Of a stretch of 64,000 nucleotides of DNA, positions 1 through 12,800 are shown in pieces. The stretch's first letter is position 1; every line of letters begins with the position of its first letter. A program made the translations under genes and the position numbers. Location: positions 1 through 64,000 of the forward strand of contig NW_026935730.1 in NCBI RefSeq assembly GCF_032062105.1, in the 5' to 3' direction. The stretch is from Saccostrea cucullata (taxonomy: Eukaryota). Under the pieces are notes generated by a model. That model worked only from the letters and a program-made list of their open reading frames with translations, searched no databases and was not told the DNA's origin.

Positions 1-22
1 TAGAAAACAGAAGGAAAACAAT

Positions 23-106
23 AAGGTCTTCCGAAGGAAGTCGGAAGACCTTAATAAGAAACAGAGTAAAAACAAATATGTTCCCCAACTTCGTTTGGGG
101 AACATA
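23..106. repeat. Two short hairpins, likely Helentron/HINE termini
   Basis: AAGGTCTTCCGA-aggaag-TCGGAAGACCTT and TATGTTCCCCAA-cttcgt-TTGGGGAACATA. Family assignment is inferred. Confidence 0.5.
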
Positions 107-1498
107 ATTAATATTTATTTTATCCAACGAGATATGAAATAAGTCGCCGTGGGTTTAAATAACATCAACAAACGATTGCAATACTGTTTTAGTTTCTAAA
201 AAAATAAATAACTCTCACATTTTGAAATAATTTTCTCTCCATGCTTTATTTTTTTTCTTAACACGCGACGTTGTTATACGTGGAAAAAAAGGGGGCGACA
301 AAAAGGCGACAAATAACGAATTTTACTAATATCATGTATTATATAGAAAAAAAATATTTCGGGGGTTGCATTTAAATGTTTCATAGACTGATTTTTCTTA
401 ACTCAAGCTGATCCATGCATATTTAAGTCCTCAATAAAAAAGGGTGTGTATAAACACTTCAACATGTTCAAGGAGAAAGACTAAAATCGTTTACTTTTTG
501 TTGCAGTGTTTGTTTTTTTTTTAACTCACAAACTGAAATAAAACAAGGTAAAATTAATGAATATGTACCAAGAAATTGATATCTCAAAATAAATCATGTT
601 CCAAAGTTGTTTATTAATCAAATTTAAAAAAAATGTAAATAATAGAAATACCAGCTTTCAACATGTATAGTCTATAGAGCTACCAGGTATGCAAGATCAG
701 CGAAACATTTTAGCGCAATTTGACGTCATTTTAATTGTGACGTTATTGTGTTCAATTGTGACGGCAGTCAAGGGTACTGTGACGTGCCTGAGTCGACGCT
801 GCGTTAAAATGTATCCGCAGTTCAAGTAGATCGGGCCTCGTTAAACTGAAAATGATATTCTAAAAAAGGTTTTTGTAAACATAACCAGGTAACTTTTGTA
901 AACGCGAGGATTGTCACTAAATTTTAGACACAAAAACCGTTTATATCCGCAGCATATTTAAAAAAAATCATCTTTCTTTCCCGATGATAGATTTTTTGTG
1001 TTTTATCTATTATTTATTAATTTCAATCATGATTTAATGCTTACATGTATCAGTAAATCTTCGAATAACAGAGCGAAGAATTCATTACATGAATCCCGAA
1101 TTCAATGGTTTAGAAATATTAATGTGATATAAGCCTTTTAAAAAGATTTATAAATAAAACTTTTTTATAGTTTGATTAATAAATCAATTCATGACATTGG
1201 AAAGTTCAACAAAGTAAATACTTTTAAAAGTCCAAACAAATTTTGTGAAAAATAAAGGTTTAATATTTTCTTTTATAAAAAAAAGAGAGGTGATAACCTA
1301 ATGATTAAGGCGATTGTCACCTACTCAAAAGGCCATGAGTTCGCACCATGTGTGTTGAGATTTTTTTTTTTAATTTGAATTTCTTTCTTTTCCTTGTTTT
1401 TACGAAATCAAGGTATTATGAACTCGACATTTATAATTTGTGATAACAATTCACAATATAAATAATTTTTCACCCATAAAAACAATATTATCGACTGC

Positions 1499-1812
1499 GT
1501 AATGGTGGCTTAATGGTAGCTTATGGTGTCTTAATGGTAGCTTAATGGAGTTTGGACATTAAGCACCTGTAAGTGTTGCTTAATGGTAGCTTAATGGTTA
1601 CTTAATGGTGGTCTAACAACTACCATTAAGGACCTGTAAGCCACCATTAAGCTACCATAAAGCCACATTTAAGCACCCATTAAGGACTTCGAGATGGTTT
1701 AATGGTAACTTGATGGTGGTGTAAATATTACTTAAATGTGCTTAATGGTGACTTAAAGACAACCATTAAACAACCATTAAGGACCTATAAACCACTATAA
1801 ACCAGACTTAAA
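1499..1812. repeat. Degenerate ~11-bp minisatellite in alternating inverted blocks
   Basis: Runs of CTTAATGGTAG-like units alternate with runs of their reverse complement (CTACCATTAAG). Confidence 0.75.
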
Positions 1813-2907
1813 GGGTGTGTTTCATCTTGTGTGTCTCGTCAGGTAGGACGTCATCAGCCTTGACATTACGCAGTACAGATGATCCAGGGAACAGATTTAC
1901 TGATTTTATAATGACAAAAATATTTCCTAAAATATGCAATATTCGCTATTTTCTTGACCTTATCATTACAACTAAAAGAAAAATATAATTTAATATAATG
2001 TATAAAGATTATGATTTATCTAGAAGCATTATATTGGGGCTGCGCAGGGACAGAGATTGTACATATAGAATATCGCAGAATTTAAGCAAAGTGAACATTT
2101 TAAGCTATTGCACCTATTTTTGTGAAAAATTTCAGTTCTTCCAAAACAGTCCAGGCTTGTTCTTAGCACTTTCTGGGTATAGAAGGTAAACAAATTTCTA
2201 ATTTTAATCATTTTTCTGTTCAAAAACAAGCGTTAGCCCTTGCACGTTGCTCATTTTCTACACACAGTTTCACCATTCTATTATTATACTAGTCACATAG
2301 AAAAAAACCCAGTATAATTAGTTGATACATGTGCTATAACTGGTCCTGTGTATGGCTTAGCCCTATCAATTATTGATAGTTGTATTACATTTTCTCAATG
2401 CATTAAGTTACTTTTAAAAAAAGAAAATACATATTAAAATGGAGCTCAGATAACATTTTCCATTTCGGTCCTGAAAATAGTTGAGTATATGTTTATTTTT
2501 ATTACATCACGTAATGTAGAAATGATAGCAAAAAGTAAGATGGGAAAAAAATCACATTTGAACCAACTTCATACTATACGGCCCGTTAAATACCTTCCTC
2601 ATCCTAGCCCACCTGTGACGATGCTTATGCATCATCTTAAGTGTAGGTATAATAAGCACATCAGATTATTTTTATGATAAAAAGTGCTTATGATAAAAAA
2701 CCAATGCAGTTATTATTCTTAAACCTATTACATATTTATTTTTAGCGTGAACAATTTATGTTCGTAATGTAACAAAATTTAACAAACACTTCACGACTTG
2801 GTCTACATCGGAAAACATCAGAGTGCATTTATCTTGCAAGCTCGATGTCTGCAAACTATATCTTCATGACATCGAGACAATTCAAAGAGCACTAGTCTGC
2901 ACAAAGT

Positions 2908-3050
2908 GAGTATGACCGTGTGCAGGGGATGCTCACTCCTCCATGGCACTTAATCCCACCTCTGATGTTTTGGAGGTCCGTGTTTGCTTTGCTCCTATTT
3001 TTTATTGTTTAATGGACATTTGAATCGAATACTGGTTATGATCTCCACAT
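2908..3050 (+). mobile_element. Probable 3' fragment of a retroelement
   Basis: TGACCG...CAGGGGATGCTCACTCCTCCATGGCACTTAATCCCACCTCTG...GGTCCGTGTTTGC resembles a 3' repeat end common in oyster genomes. Recognised from memory only. Confidence 0.4.
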
Positions 3051-3103
3051 ATTTAATTGTGTTTGATTGTTTTGAAGCACAAGAAACAAAGTCAACATCA
3101 AAT

Positions 3104-4047
3104 AATAAGAGGCCCACGGGCCTTATAGGTCACCTGAGTATTGTGTAAAAGCTTTCAAACACTTGAATTTGGTTTAAAGCAGAGGCCATGAAATTCACCA
3201 TTCACAATTTTGAAAGAGGCACCATTGCTTATCATAATTATTTACTTAGCATGCTTACTCTATTTACTTAATACCAAGAGGTAGATCAGAGTAACAAAGA
3301 GAAAATGCACTTCCACTTTATACCCAGTTGTGCACCTCACCCCCAAAGGAACCACTGACCCAGGGGCCACATATTTCAAAATTTTGCAAATTTTAAAACA
3401 AAATGGTTGATTAATACCAAAGAGCAGATTTAAAAGCATTAATTTATTTTCAGACTATGTAGCCCCCCCCCCCCCCCGCTCCTCTGACCAAGGGGGCAAA
3501 GGGTGCTCAGTTGGTTTATTTAATACCCAGAAGCAGAGAAGAAGATTTTCAAAGAATAAATGCATTTTCAGTATATGATCCATAGAGTCCCGCCCTAACA
3601 CAAGGATACCTAATCCTGGGGCCATATTATTCACAAATCTGGAAGAGGCACTCTTGGTCATCATAACTATGTGCTTGGTTAGTTTATTTAATACTCAGAA
3701 GCAGAGAAGAAGAATTTCAAAGAATAAATGCATTTTCACTATATAATCAATAGAGCCCCGCCCTAACACCAGAACCCCTGACCCTGGGGCCATAAAATTC
3801 ACAAATCTGGAAGAGGCACTCTTGCTCATCAGAACTATGTGCTTAGTTAGTTTATTTAATACCCAGAAGCAGAGAGGAAGATTTTCAAAGAATAAATGCA
3901 TTTTCACTATATAATCAATAGAGCCCCGCCCTAACACCAGAACCCCTGACCCTGGGGCCATAAAATTCACAAATCTGGAAGAGGTACCCTTGTCATCATA
4001 ACTATGTACTTAGTTAGTTTATATAATACCCAGGAGTAGAGAAGAAA

Positions 4048-4079
<32 letters not shown>

Positions 4080-4478
4080 AATCTATATAGCCCCGCCCTA
4101 GCACTAGAACCCCTGATCCTGGGGCCATGAATTTCACAATTTTGGTAGAGGACTCAATGCTCTTTACATTTATGTCAACAGTTTGCCTGCTTGATGTCCA
4201 GGAGTAAAGAAGAAGATTTTTAAAGATTGCACTAATTTTAGTGGTTTTGGCCCCACCCCTCAGGCCCCAGGGGTTCGGGGACCATGAAATTCACAATTTT
4301 TGTTTCCCTTTATCCATAGATACTGTATAAAATATTTGGTTGAAATTGCTTCAGTGGTTTCAGAGAAGAAGCTGAAAATGTTTAAATGTTAACACACGAC
4401 ACACGACGCACGACGCACGACGGACGACGACGGACGAAAACGGACAGCAATAGGTCACCTGAGTAACTCAAAAACTAA
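3104..4478 (+). mobile_element. Non-autonomous Helentron/HINE-like element with ~168-bp tandem array
   Basis: AAGAGGCCCACGGGCC...ATAGGTCACCTGAGTA box at the 5' end, repeated near the 3' end. Repeat anchor TAATAC at 3521, 3689, 3857 and 4024. GACG/CACGA microsatellite before the 3' box. Confidence 0.8.
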
Positions 4479-5674
4479 AAAAATGGTAGTACTGATAGAA
4501 AAAAGTCTTGTTAGAGTAGCTAAATTTCCAATGTCAAAGTCAAAATTAAAGAAAAGGTGTTGTATAAAAGAGAAAGCCTTATTGCTTAAAATACACATAA
4601 GAAGGAAGAAATTTAAGCCCGTTTATGAATAATGACCAAGGCAGAAAAATACAGACAGACAGAATTAGGAGGCACCAAATGAAAAAAAAAGTATAAAATG
4701 GCATTCATACGCCCCATTACATGTTCGCGTTATAGGAAAAATAAGAAACTACATGTAATAGATCTAGAATGGGAATGAAAACATTTTGCAATGAATTCTT
4801 ATCACTTAAAAATCTTTTTACTCGATCATGGGCAGGACTCATGGTGTGTAAAGCTGTACAGGTAGACAGTAGATATTTTGTCCTACTACATGTACGCACT
4901 ATATCTCATCTCGTCCTTTTCTTCTTTGATACTGGTTTTATGTCTTCTTCATTTTTTTCTTATTTTTGCTTGATTATTTTCAAGACTGAACCGTGTTTGA
5001 AATGTTTTCCCCTCTTATATTTCACAATTTCTGTTACAAAGAAACCTTTTTAGAATGATTATTTATTCTTCTCAAACGACAACATTGATATGAAAGTAGT
5101 CACCCAATTTATGATAAGTTTCTTAACAGTTTTTAGAATATCTTACATTTCAATGATATGTTTTACAAAAGGATTGTGCGTACTTTTTTTAAATCTTGTG
5201 ATTTATTTCCTTTACATTAGAGAAGATGCAAAAGTTTTTTTGACGCATTACTAACTCTCAACTCAGAGAAGAAATAAGGAAATAAAGATATCAATTTGAT
5301 TTTTACATACTATTATCTCTTTCATCTTAAGTCATATACCAGGAAATTGGTTTTTTTATTATCTATCCTCATGCAAATTACCCGCATTTTCACAATATTT
5401 CCTCAAACAGAGAAAGGTTAACAAACTTTTTGAGAGACAGAGGTCTATAAACACGGTGAGGAAATCAACGGAATATAGACATGCACAAATATAAGGGTTG
5501 TGAACATGGCATTTAAAAACAGTAAAAAAATCCTTTAAAAAAAATGACATGATTCCTTCAAAATAATTAAAGCGGACGAAATGCAAATGTTATCTTTAGT
5601 TCATTAAGATTCGGTCACATCCTTGAAGTTAAGTTCATTTGCTGAAAAAAAATATTAGGAAAAAAAGTGCATAA

Positions 5675-5777
5675 AACCAAGTCAGACAGACTGACAGACA
5701 TACACAAGAACAGCTAGACGAACGTGAACAAAATCTTTAGTCCCCTTCCTCCGGTTTCAACTGTGATGGACCAGTAA
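5675..5777 (+). mobile_element. Decayed HINE-type 3' end
   Basis: GACA microsatellite followed by the imperfect hairpin TAGTCCCC...CCGGTTTCAACTG...GGACCA. Confidence 0.4.
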
Positions 5778-6601
5778 GTTTGACATTATAAATGTTAATT
5801 TGTCATACAACATTCATGATAATTCATGATAATGTCCATTGTTTGGTCTTCCTCGTGATTTTTACACTCATAGACTAAATATTACATCAGTCAATGATCT
5901 TTTTCATAAACCCTCGAATAAAACAATATTTAATACGGATTTGGTAAAGGTCGGTTATTTTTTTCACTGGATGAATGATTTTCAATTTTTTTCAATGACG
6001 ATTTGGCAAAAAGTAAGGAAAAGAAAGTTGAAGGAATATAGAAATCAATGGTTTGTAACCATGTAACAGAAAGTTTTCAAGTTTCCATAATTTGATGTTT
6101 TGAAAGTTTTATTCTGAACATACTTTCTTGTATAATTAATAAAATTGGATTTGTAACAAGTTCTAATTATAACAACTAAGGAATTATTTAACAAATAATT
6201 TAAATGTTTTCAAGCTCCCTGTACATATTTGAAGCAATTAAATAAACCGTATAAATGACCATAAAAGTACTAAATAATTGATATGAGCTTATCTTTCATA
6301 AAAGAATATTTACTCTTTATGGTATACATAGAAAGTTTACATGTACAAACCCATGGTTAATAAGTTTTTTTCCAAGTCAAAATGCAATCAAATGAAGATT
6401 ATCTGATACAATCTCTTTTGGTATTACAGTATTTATTCCGTAAACTTATTCATAGATTTTTTTTAACTATTTAAAAATATTTTTTATGTGATTATTTATA
6501 CGAAAGAAAAAATGTTACGAATAGTTCATAAATCATAACTTTAAAAAAGCAAAGTTGTGTTTTGTATTAACCAGTATACATACATATTGCAAATGATTTA
6601 A

Positions 6602-6897
6602 TTAACCAAGATTAATGTACTCTGTTCTAGATTTGACATCAGTTTTTGTTATTTCCATATAGTGAGAAACATCGATTCCTGTATTATTACTGGGCATTGG
6701 GTCGTGAATATGAGCATACTCGGATTTGTCTTCTTTTCTGGCCACAGTACTTTCGTAGCCTGGATCTGAATTCCTGGAATAAGACGGTCGGCATTTTGTT
6801 CTCAGGAAACAGAGAAAGGGTGCTATAACCAACAAGATTATGACCATAGATAGTAATGAGACTGCCAGAAGGAATATGCTGTTCGTAATGGTTGTTT
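6602..6897 (-). CDS. Receptor gene 1 exon 10: TM helix and cytoplasmic tail
   Basis: IFLLAVSLLSMVIILLVIAPFLCFL followed by RTK and a tail with YEST, SEYAHI, SHYMEI and TEYINL, then TAA. A minus-strand AATAAA lies at 6432-6437. Confidence 0.88.
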
Positions 6898-9800
6898 CTG
6901 TACAAAAGGGAGAAAAAAGATTTTTAATTCATAGATGGAACTTTTACTATGTTAGTGGAATCACTGTTCTAAAAGGCATGGAACAGGCATGCGGGCATTT
7001 CTGTGCCTGTAAAAAATATCATTAAATGGTTAAAGTTACTCTATGAATTTCGTTTTGTCCCTAGAAGGAGACCATTCTTTGTAAATCAGATATATTGTAC
7101 GTTTAGGGAAAAGTATGACAACAAAGAAATTTTCATATTTAGAAAATTATTTGAATTTGAGATAAACACTTGACGTTAACCTATTTATCCTTTAATTTTT
7201 TGTTATACCTGTGGAAATTCCAGTCTGACAAAACTCTCCAGATCTGCCTTCATTACATCTAATACAATGTCCCGTCTCTGGGTTACATATATTATCTCTG
7301 CAGTCGTTGCTACAAGACTGATTACAGATAACTCCATAGAACGTCGAGGCACATACTGTAGTTAAACGATTAAATATAATGACCTTTGGTTAATTAGCAA
7401 GATAAAATTTGTAAAATGAAAAGAGGGATCAGACAAGGCTGTTCAATATCAGCAATTCTTTATATTTTAGGTTGTGGAAATTTTGTCTATAAAGATTAAA
7501 GAAAACAAGAATATACGAGGGCCGTTCAAAAATTACGCGGACTTGTTGCATAGTAAAAATATTTGACGACAAAAACAAATAAAAAGTTACACATGTTGTT
7601 GACATATGTTTACTTATATGACTTGCAAAATTTCATTTCAAAATATTGCCAATTCCCATCAGTAGTGGGTTCTGAATTAACATATATCCTGGAGTCACGG
7701 CGCAGTGCGGGCGTAATATCTGCGACGTCATTAACGTCATAAAAATGTGCGCTCACATCTTTTCAAAGTACTCCCCCTTGTGTTTGATACAAAGTTTGTG
7801 TCGCCTTATCCACTAATCGTATGCATTTTTGTACCATTTCCTGTCCAAGTTAGCTACTATAGATCTAGTCGCATATTTCAGTTCGTCAATATTTTCAAAC
7901 TTCCTGCCGCGAAGCTTTGATTTTACAGTAGGGAAGACTTTAAAGTCCATTGGGGCCAAATCAGGACTGTAAGGAGCATGTTCCACTCTTTCAAGACCAA
8001 GAAGATCAAGTTCTAGAATTGTTGATTCAGCTCGATGTGCAGGTGCATTATCTTGATGCAAGATCATATCTGCCAAGTTTTTGACTGGCCGTTTTTTCCG
8101 TACGGCTTGAAGGAGATCTCGTCTAATAACCTGTAAAATTAAATATCAGATTCATTATGGGTTTATTTGAGCTTTACCACGATATCCAAAACGTGATAAT
8201 AATATTAAAAATAAATAAATTTAATAATATGCTAAATGAGTAAAAAATTTCCGTGATTAAAAAATAATTATTGTTATTTAAAATGCACCTATTTACATGT
8301 AGCTCATTTTTAAATCTTATGTATCTTTAGCGTAAATTATTCTACTCGTCTTTAAAACTGACCTTCGAATAATAATCTGCGTTGACAGTTTGGTGGGCTG
8401 GGACAACGTGGATCAGTAACATGCCTTTAATGTCCATAAAGAAAATAAACATGTTTTTCCTAGACGATTGGCGGACTTTCGCTTTTTGTGGGGGAGGAGA
8501 AGATTTTCTTTTCCAAGCAGATGATTGCTGTTTTGTCTCAGGGTCAAAATAAAAAAGCCATGTTTCATCGGTTGTGATAATCCTGTTTAGAAAAGAGTCT
8601 CCTTCACTTGAGTGTCGTCTAAGGAAATTCCTGGACAATCGAACACGCTTGGCTTTATCATTTTCGGACAATAATCTAGGAATCCACCTTGCCGAAACCC
8701 TGCTCATGTTCAAATGATCAGTTAAAATTGTATGTACAGTTCCAGTACTAATCCCAACAAGTGATGATATTTCTTGAACTGTGTGACGTCGGTCATTTTC
8801 AATCACATTCTTAACACTTAATATCAGGTTTTCGTCTATGATCATCTTCCGTCCCCGTCCTGGATCGTCTTCCACTGAAGTCCTACCATCTGAAAATCTT
8901 TTGTGCCATTTGAAGACAAGTGTTCAGCATACTGCTGGTTTAATGTCCGCTTGATCTAGCATCTTTTTTGTCTCTGTTGGAGTCTTCCCGAGCGCCACAC
9001 AAAATTTTATGAAAGTCCGATGCGCCGTGACGTCACTTGACGCCATTGTTGCAGCTGTTTTTGGACCGAAGACTTCAGAGAAAAACTTCAATATTTCTAT
9101 TAATTTTCCAAATATTACGTCAAAAATTTAAACAAGTCATGACGTAACAATGAAAAGATACTGCAGAACAAATTTATGATTTTTCCCGCGAATTATCGGA
9201 AATAAATGAGTAAAAAAATTGATTCTGAAATTTGTTTTTTCTACGTTTTCACCTTGCTCCGTACATCAATTTTTGCAATATTATAACATGAATATTTTCG
9301 GAAAAAATTATAATTAATAACAAATAATGCCATAAATTATTTAAATACATTAAGGAATATATTATTGTAAAATTTTATTTATATCTGACGTCTGTAAAAT
9401 AAGATATTACCCGAGTCCGCGTAATTTTTGAACGGCCCTCGTAGAAGGCTTTCAACATGCTGATGACATGACAGTGGCATAAAAAAATATTGAATCTCTG
9501 AATCAAGCTTTGGTTACTATAAACAATTTTTGTCTTCATGCAGGTTCTAAAGTAAAACTGAATGTATTCTTCTTGGTCCTTTGAAAAAATCTCTTTAGAG
9601 AAATAGGGAGCATTACGGTTACAAATGAGGCAGTAAAGTGTCTAGGCATTTATATAGGTCATGATAAACTACAATGTTATAATAAAAATTGGATGAAAGT
9701 CTATCATGAAATAGAGGCTCTATTCGAATCATGAAAAGAAGAAAACTGACATTATTTGGGAAATGTACTGTAATAAACTCTTTAGCGCTTTCAAAACTAA

Positions 9801-12800
9801 TTTATCTAGCAAATATGTTAGAAACACCCAATGAAAATTATATTAAAAATATTAATAAACTAATATTCAATTTTATATGGAATAAAACAGATCTTATCAA
9901 AAGAAACACAATGATTGGTCATATTAAGGACGGTGGGTTAGGGATAATTGATAATGAGTCTAAGTTTAGAGCGATTAAAGCCTCATCTGTATGTAGATTG
10001 AGAAAAACAGATCACTGCATTAATAGCTACATAAATAGTTATTGTATTCTAATAAATATTAATATCGACTATGTGATTAACACCACGGAAAATAAAATAG
10101 AAAAATTCGAAATGATACGAAAGATGCCTCTATTTTATAAACAAGTATTTACATGTTTCAATGCATGCAAACAATTGCACGATAACCTCAGTGTTGAACT
10201 CTTTCTTAAACAACCGATATGGTCAAATTTAAGATACTCATATGAAGGAAAAACAATCTACTTTAAAAATTGGCTCAAAAGCAATATATTGTTTGTTTAA
10301 GATCTATTTTCCGAGAATGGTCTAAAATCATCCGATGAAATGGCAGGGATTTTGATAAATAAGAGTAATTGGTTATGTGAATATAAATTCATACACTCGA
10401 TCTTTAAAAAGTATGAAAAAGATATGATTTCTCTCTGTATAAACATCTTAAGGTGTCATTAAATACTTTATGTTTTAATAAATATACAACAAAATTCTTT
10501 TATAATGAATTTTTAAAAAGCAAATTTCAAACTCCGCTTGTGCAAACAAAGTATTCTTAAGAATTTAATATACCTAAGAGAGACTAGGAAAAAATCTACA
10601 TAAACAAAATAGAGTTATCAAAAGATAAACAAGTTGCGGAATTCAACTATAAGCTATTAAATAATATTCTGTCTAGCAATTATTTTGCAACTAAGATAAA
10701 TAAAAAGTATAATTACTCATGTAAAATATGTGTCGAAGATGTAGAACATTCAAAGCATCTAATTTTTGATTGTGCTAATGTGCGAGAAATCTGGGCTATA
10801 GTTAGCAATTTCTTAGGCTTTGATGTAAAATGGAAACATATAATTTTTGGTTTTTACATTGATAGAAATGAAACCACTGTCATGTATAATTTACTGTTAT
10901 CATTTGTAGCTTTTAAGATATACAAATATAAAATGTATTGTCGATTAGAAAATATTGATGAAACACATATAGGAATATATTATTTTATTTAAAATCTTGT
11001 ATTTTGAATTATTTTGAAATATTACATATTATGGGAGATACAAAATACTCTTTATTTTTTAAAAATCTATTGAAAAAAAGTAATTGTTTAAATGTCTTTG
11101 AGGGGGACCAGACCCTCAGGACGAACGCAAGAAAGGGGGGGGGGGGTAAAATAACAGACTCTGAGATGGTGAAAAGCTTACCTCCCTTCTAGATGTTATA
11201 ATTAAAACTGTTACAGAAATATGTTGCAAACTGGTATAATATTGTAAAATACCACTACATTCTTTTAACTATACAGACCTCTATTTTTTTTCCTTAAAAT
11301 ATTTTCTCTAGAGTTTTGTTTCCCTAGCAACATAAAGGTATAATTTTCTATCTTTTTAAGTATTTTGTTAATATACAACTTGATTGTTACACCTTTCAAG
11401 TATATAATTTTTGCTATCCAGTCTAGGGAGCCCCTGGCATCCTTGGTGAGGGTTATTATAAGGGGACATATGCGGATGTCTTTGCTCCAAAATTATATTG
11501 TTATCATGTTTTCATTGAATAAAATATTTTTAAAAAATCTTCATTAAAAAAAATAGCAAGGGTGCTCAGGGTTACCCATAAAAGAATATTAACTCTCTTT
11601 ATATACAGATCTAAGTTTTAAACATGTGGATTATATCTACTCACGTTTCCGACACCTGGATCCAATCCAGCCATCCCTACACCCTCCATCACATGACCCA
11701 TTCACGTGATCACACGACATGGGATCCAAACAATGTGGACTACAGTGATCCTTACACATCAGTCCGAAATGTCCAGGATCACATTCTAGAAAATATAAAT
11801 TTATTGCTTCTCTTTAATAAAGTAAGCGCCAATAAGAATATGAGAAATATAGGAAATAAGAATATAAGAAATTAAGCGTCATTTGAATAACTAGCATTTA
11901 AATTACGGAATTATGTAACAGTTACTTGATCCGAAGAGTCGTATTGACTCGGTTTGTGTACGAAGTGACTGGACACCGTATCACGTCGAGTTGACTGATG
12001 CAGATCTTTAAAAAAGTGTGCATGTCAAAAAGATGTGATACCGCACTTCAGATAAAGTTACGGGTACGACCCCCTTCCCTAAACTATAGCTTGCTTTATA
12101 TGAAAAGATATTTCATAAAGATACTTCTTCGGTTCTGGTGCAAAATAGTTCAGCAATATCCAACATAATAAAAAATAAATGCACTTGTACAGAAAAAGAC
12201 ATATACAGTTTTTTTTATCTTACTTTAACTTCGAAAAAATATTGTATTTAGTATATATAAGATATGAATAAAAATTAGATAACCTTGATCACATTTATCT
12301 CCTCTCCATCCAGGAGAACACTCTCCAGGACATGATCCATTCACGTGGTTACACGGAGTATTATTGATGCATGGCCCACAATGCAAAGAACAACCTTGAC
12401 CATATTTACCAGCTGGGCATTCTAAATTATATATAATACGGAAGTTAGTACATTGAGTTATTTTTTCCCAATTTCCTAGTTTATTCAAGGGGGAAGAAAT
12501 TGATTTTATTTGAAGAAGCTAAAATCACAGTGCTAGCCAGGAAGACGCATTTGCATGGGGATTTTTTTTTAGGGGGGGGGGGGGTGTTCCTAAAAAAAAT
12601 TAAGTTCCGAAAATTAGCATTTATTTAGGTGCGATAAATATACGCGATTTTCGCAGCCTTCTTTAAATGTATTTAATTTTATGCTTTCTGAGTCGAGAAA
12701 ATTAATCTTTGCAAATTGATTTCAAACTCTTCGTATTTTATCTTACTTTATTTAGAAATTACCACATGTTATAACATCGAAACACACTGAATGAAGTTTT

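Larger units (their letters stand above)
7402..11553 (+). mobile_element. 5'-truncated L1/Tx1-clade LINE (decayed) in intron 8 of gene 1
   Basis: RGIRQGC...VVEILSIKIKENKNI, interrupted by the mariner, resumes EGFQHADDMT. Also KRRKLTLFGKCTVINSLALSKLIY and the C-terminal knuckle CKIC-x8-HLIFDC. Ends with AATAAA and an A-tail; TSD TAGCAAG at 7395-7401 and 11554-11560. Confidence 0.85.

Noticed and set aside
1833-1860. Possible hammerhead ribozyme core on the minus strand (CTGATGA-CGTC...GACG-AGAC)
   Set aside because: GAGA replaces the required GAAA and no convincing stems I/III were found.
3455-3970. Repetitive ORFs 3455-3664 and 3695-3970
   Set aside because: These are translations of the 168-bp satellite monomer (divisible by 3) in a non-autonomous element.
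11624-11875. Plus-strand 83-aa ORF
   Set aside because: It is the antisense shadow of EGF exon 8.
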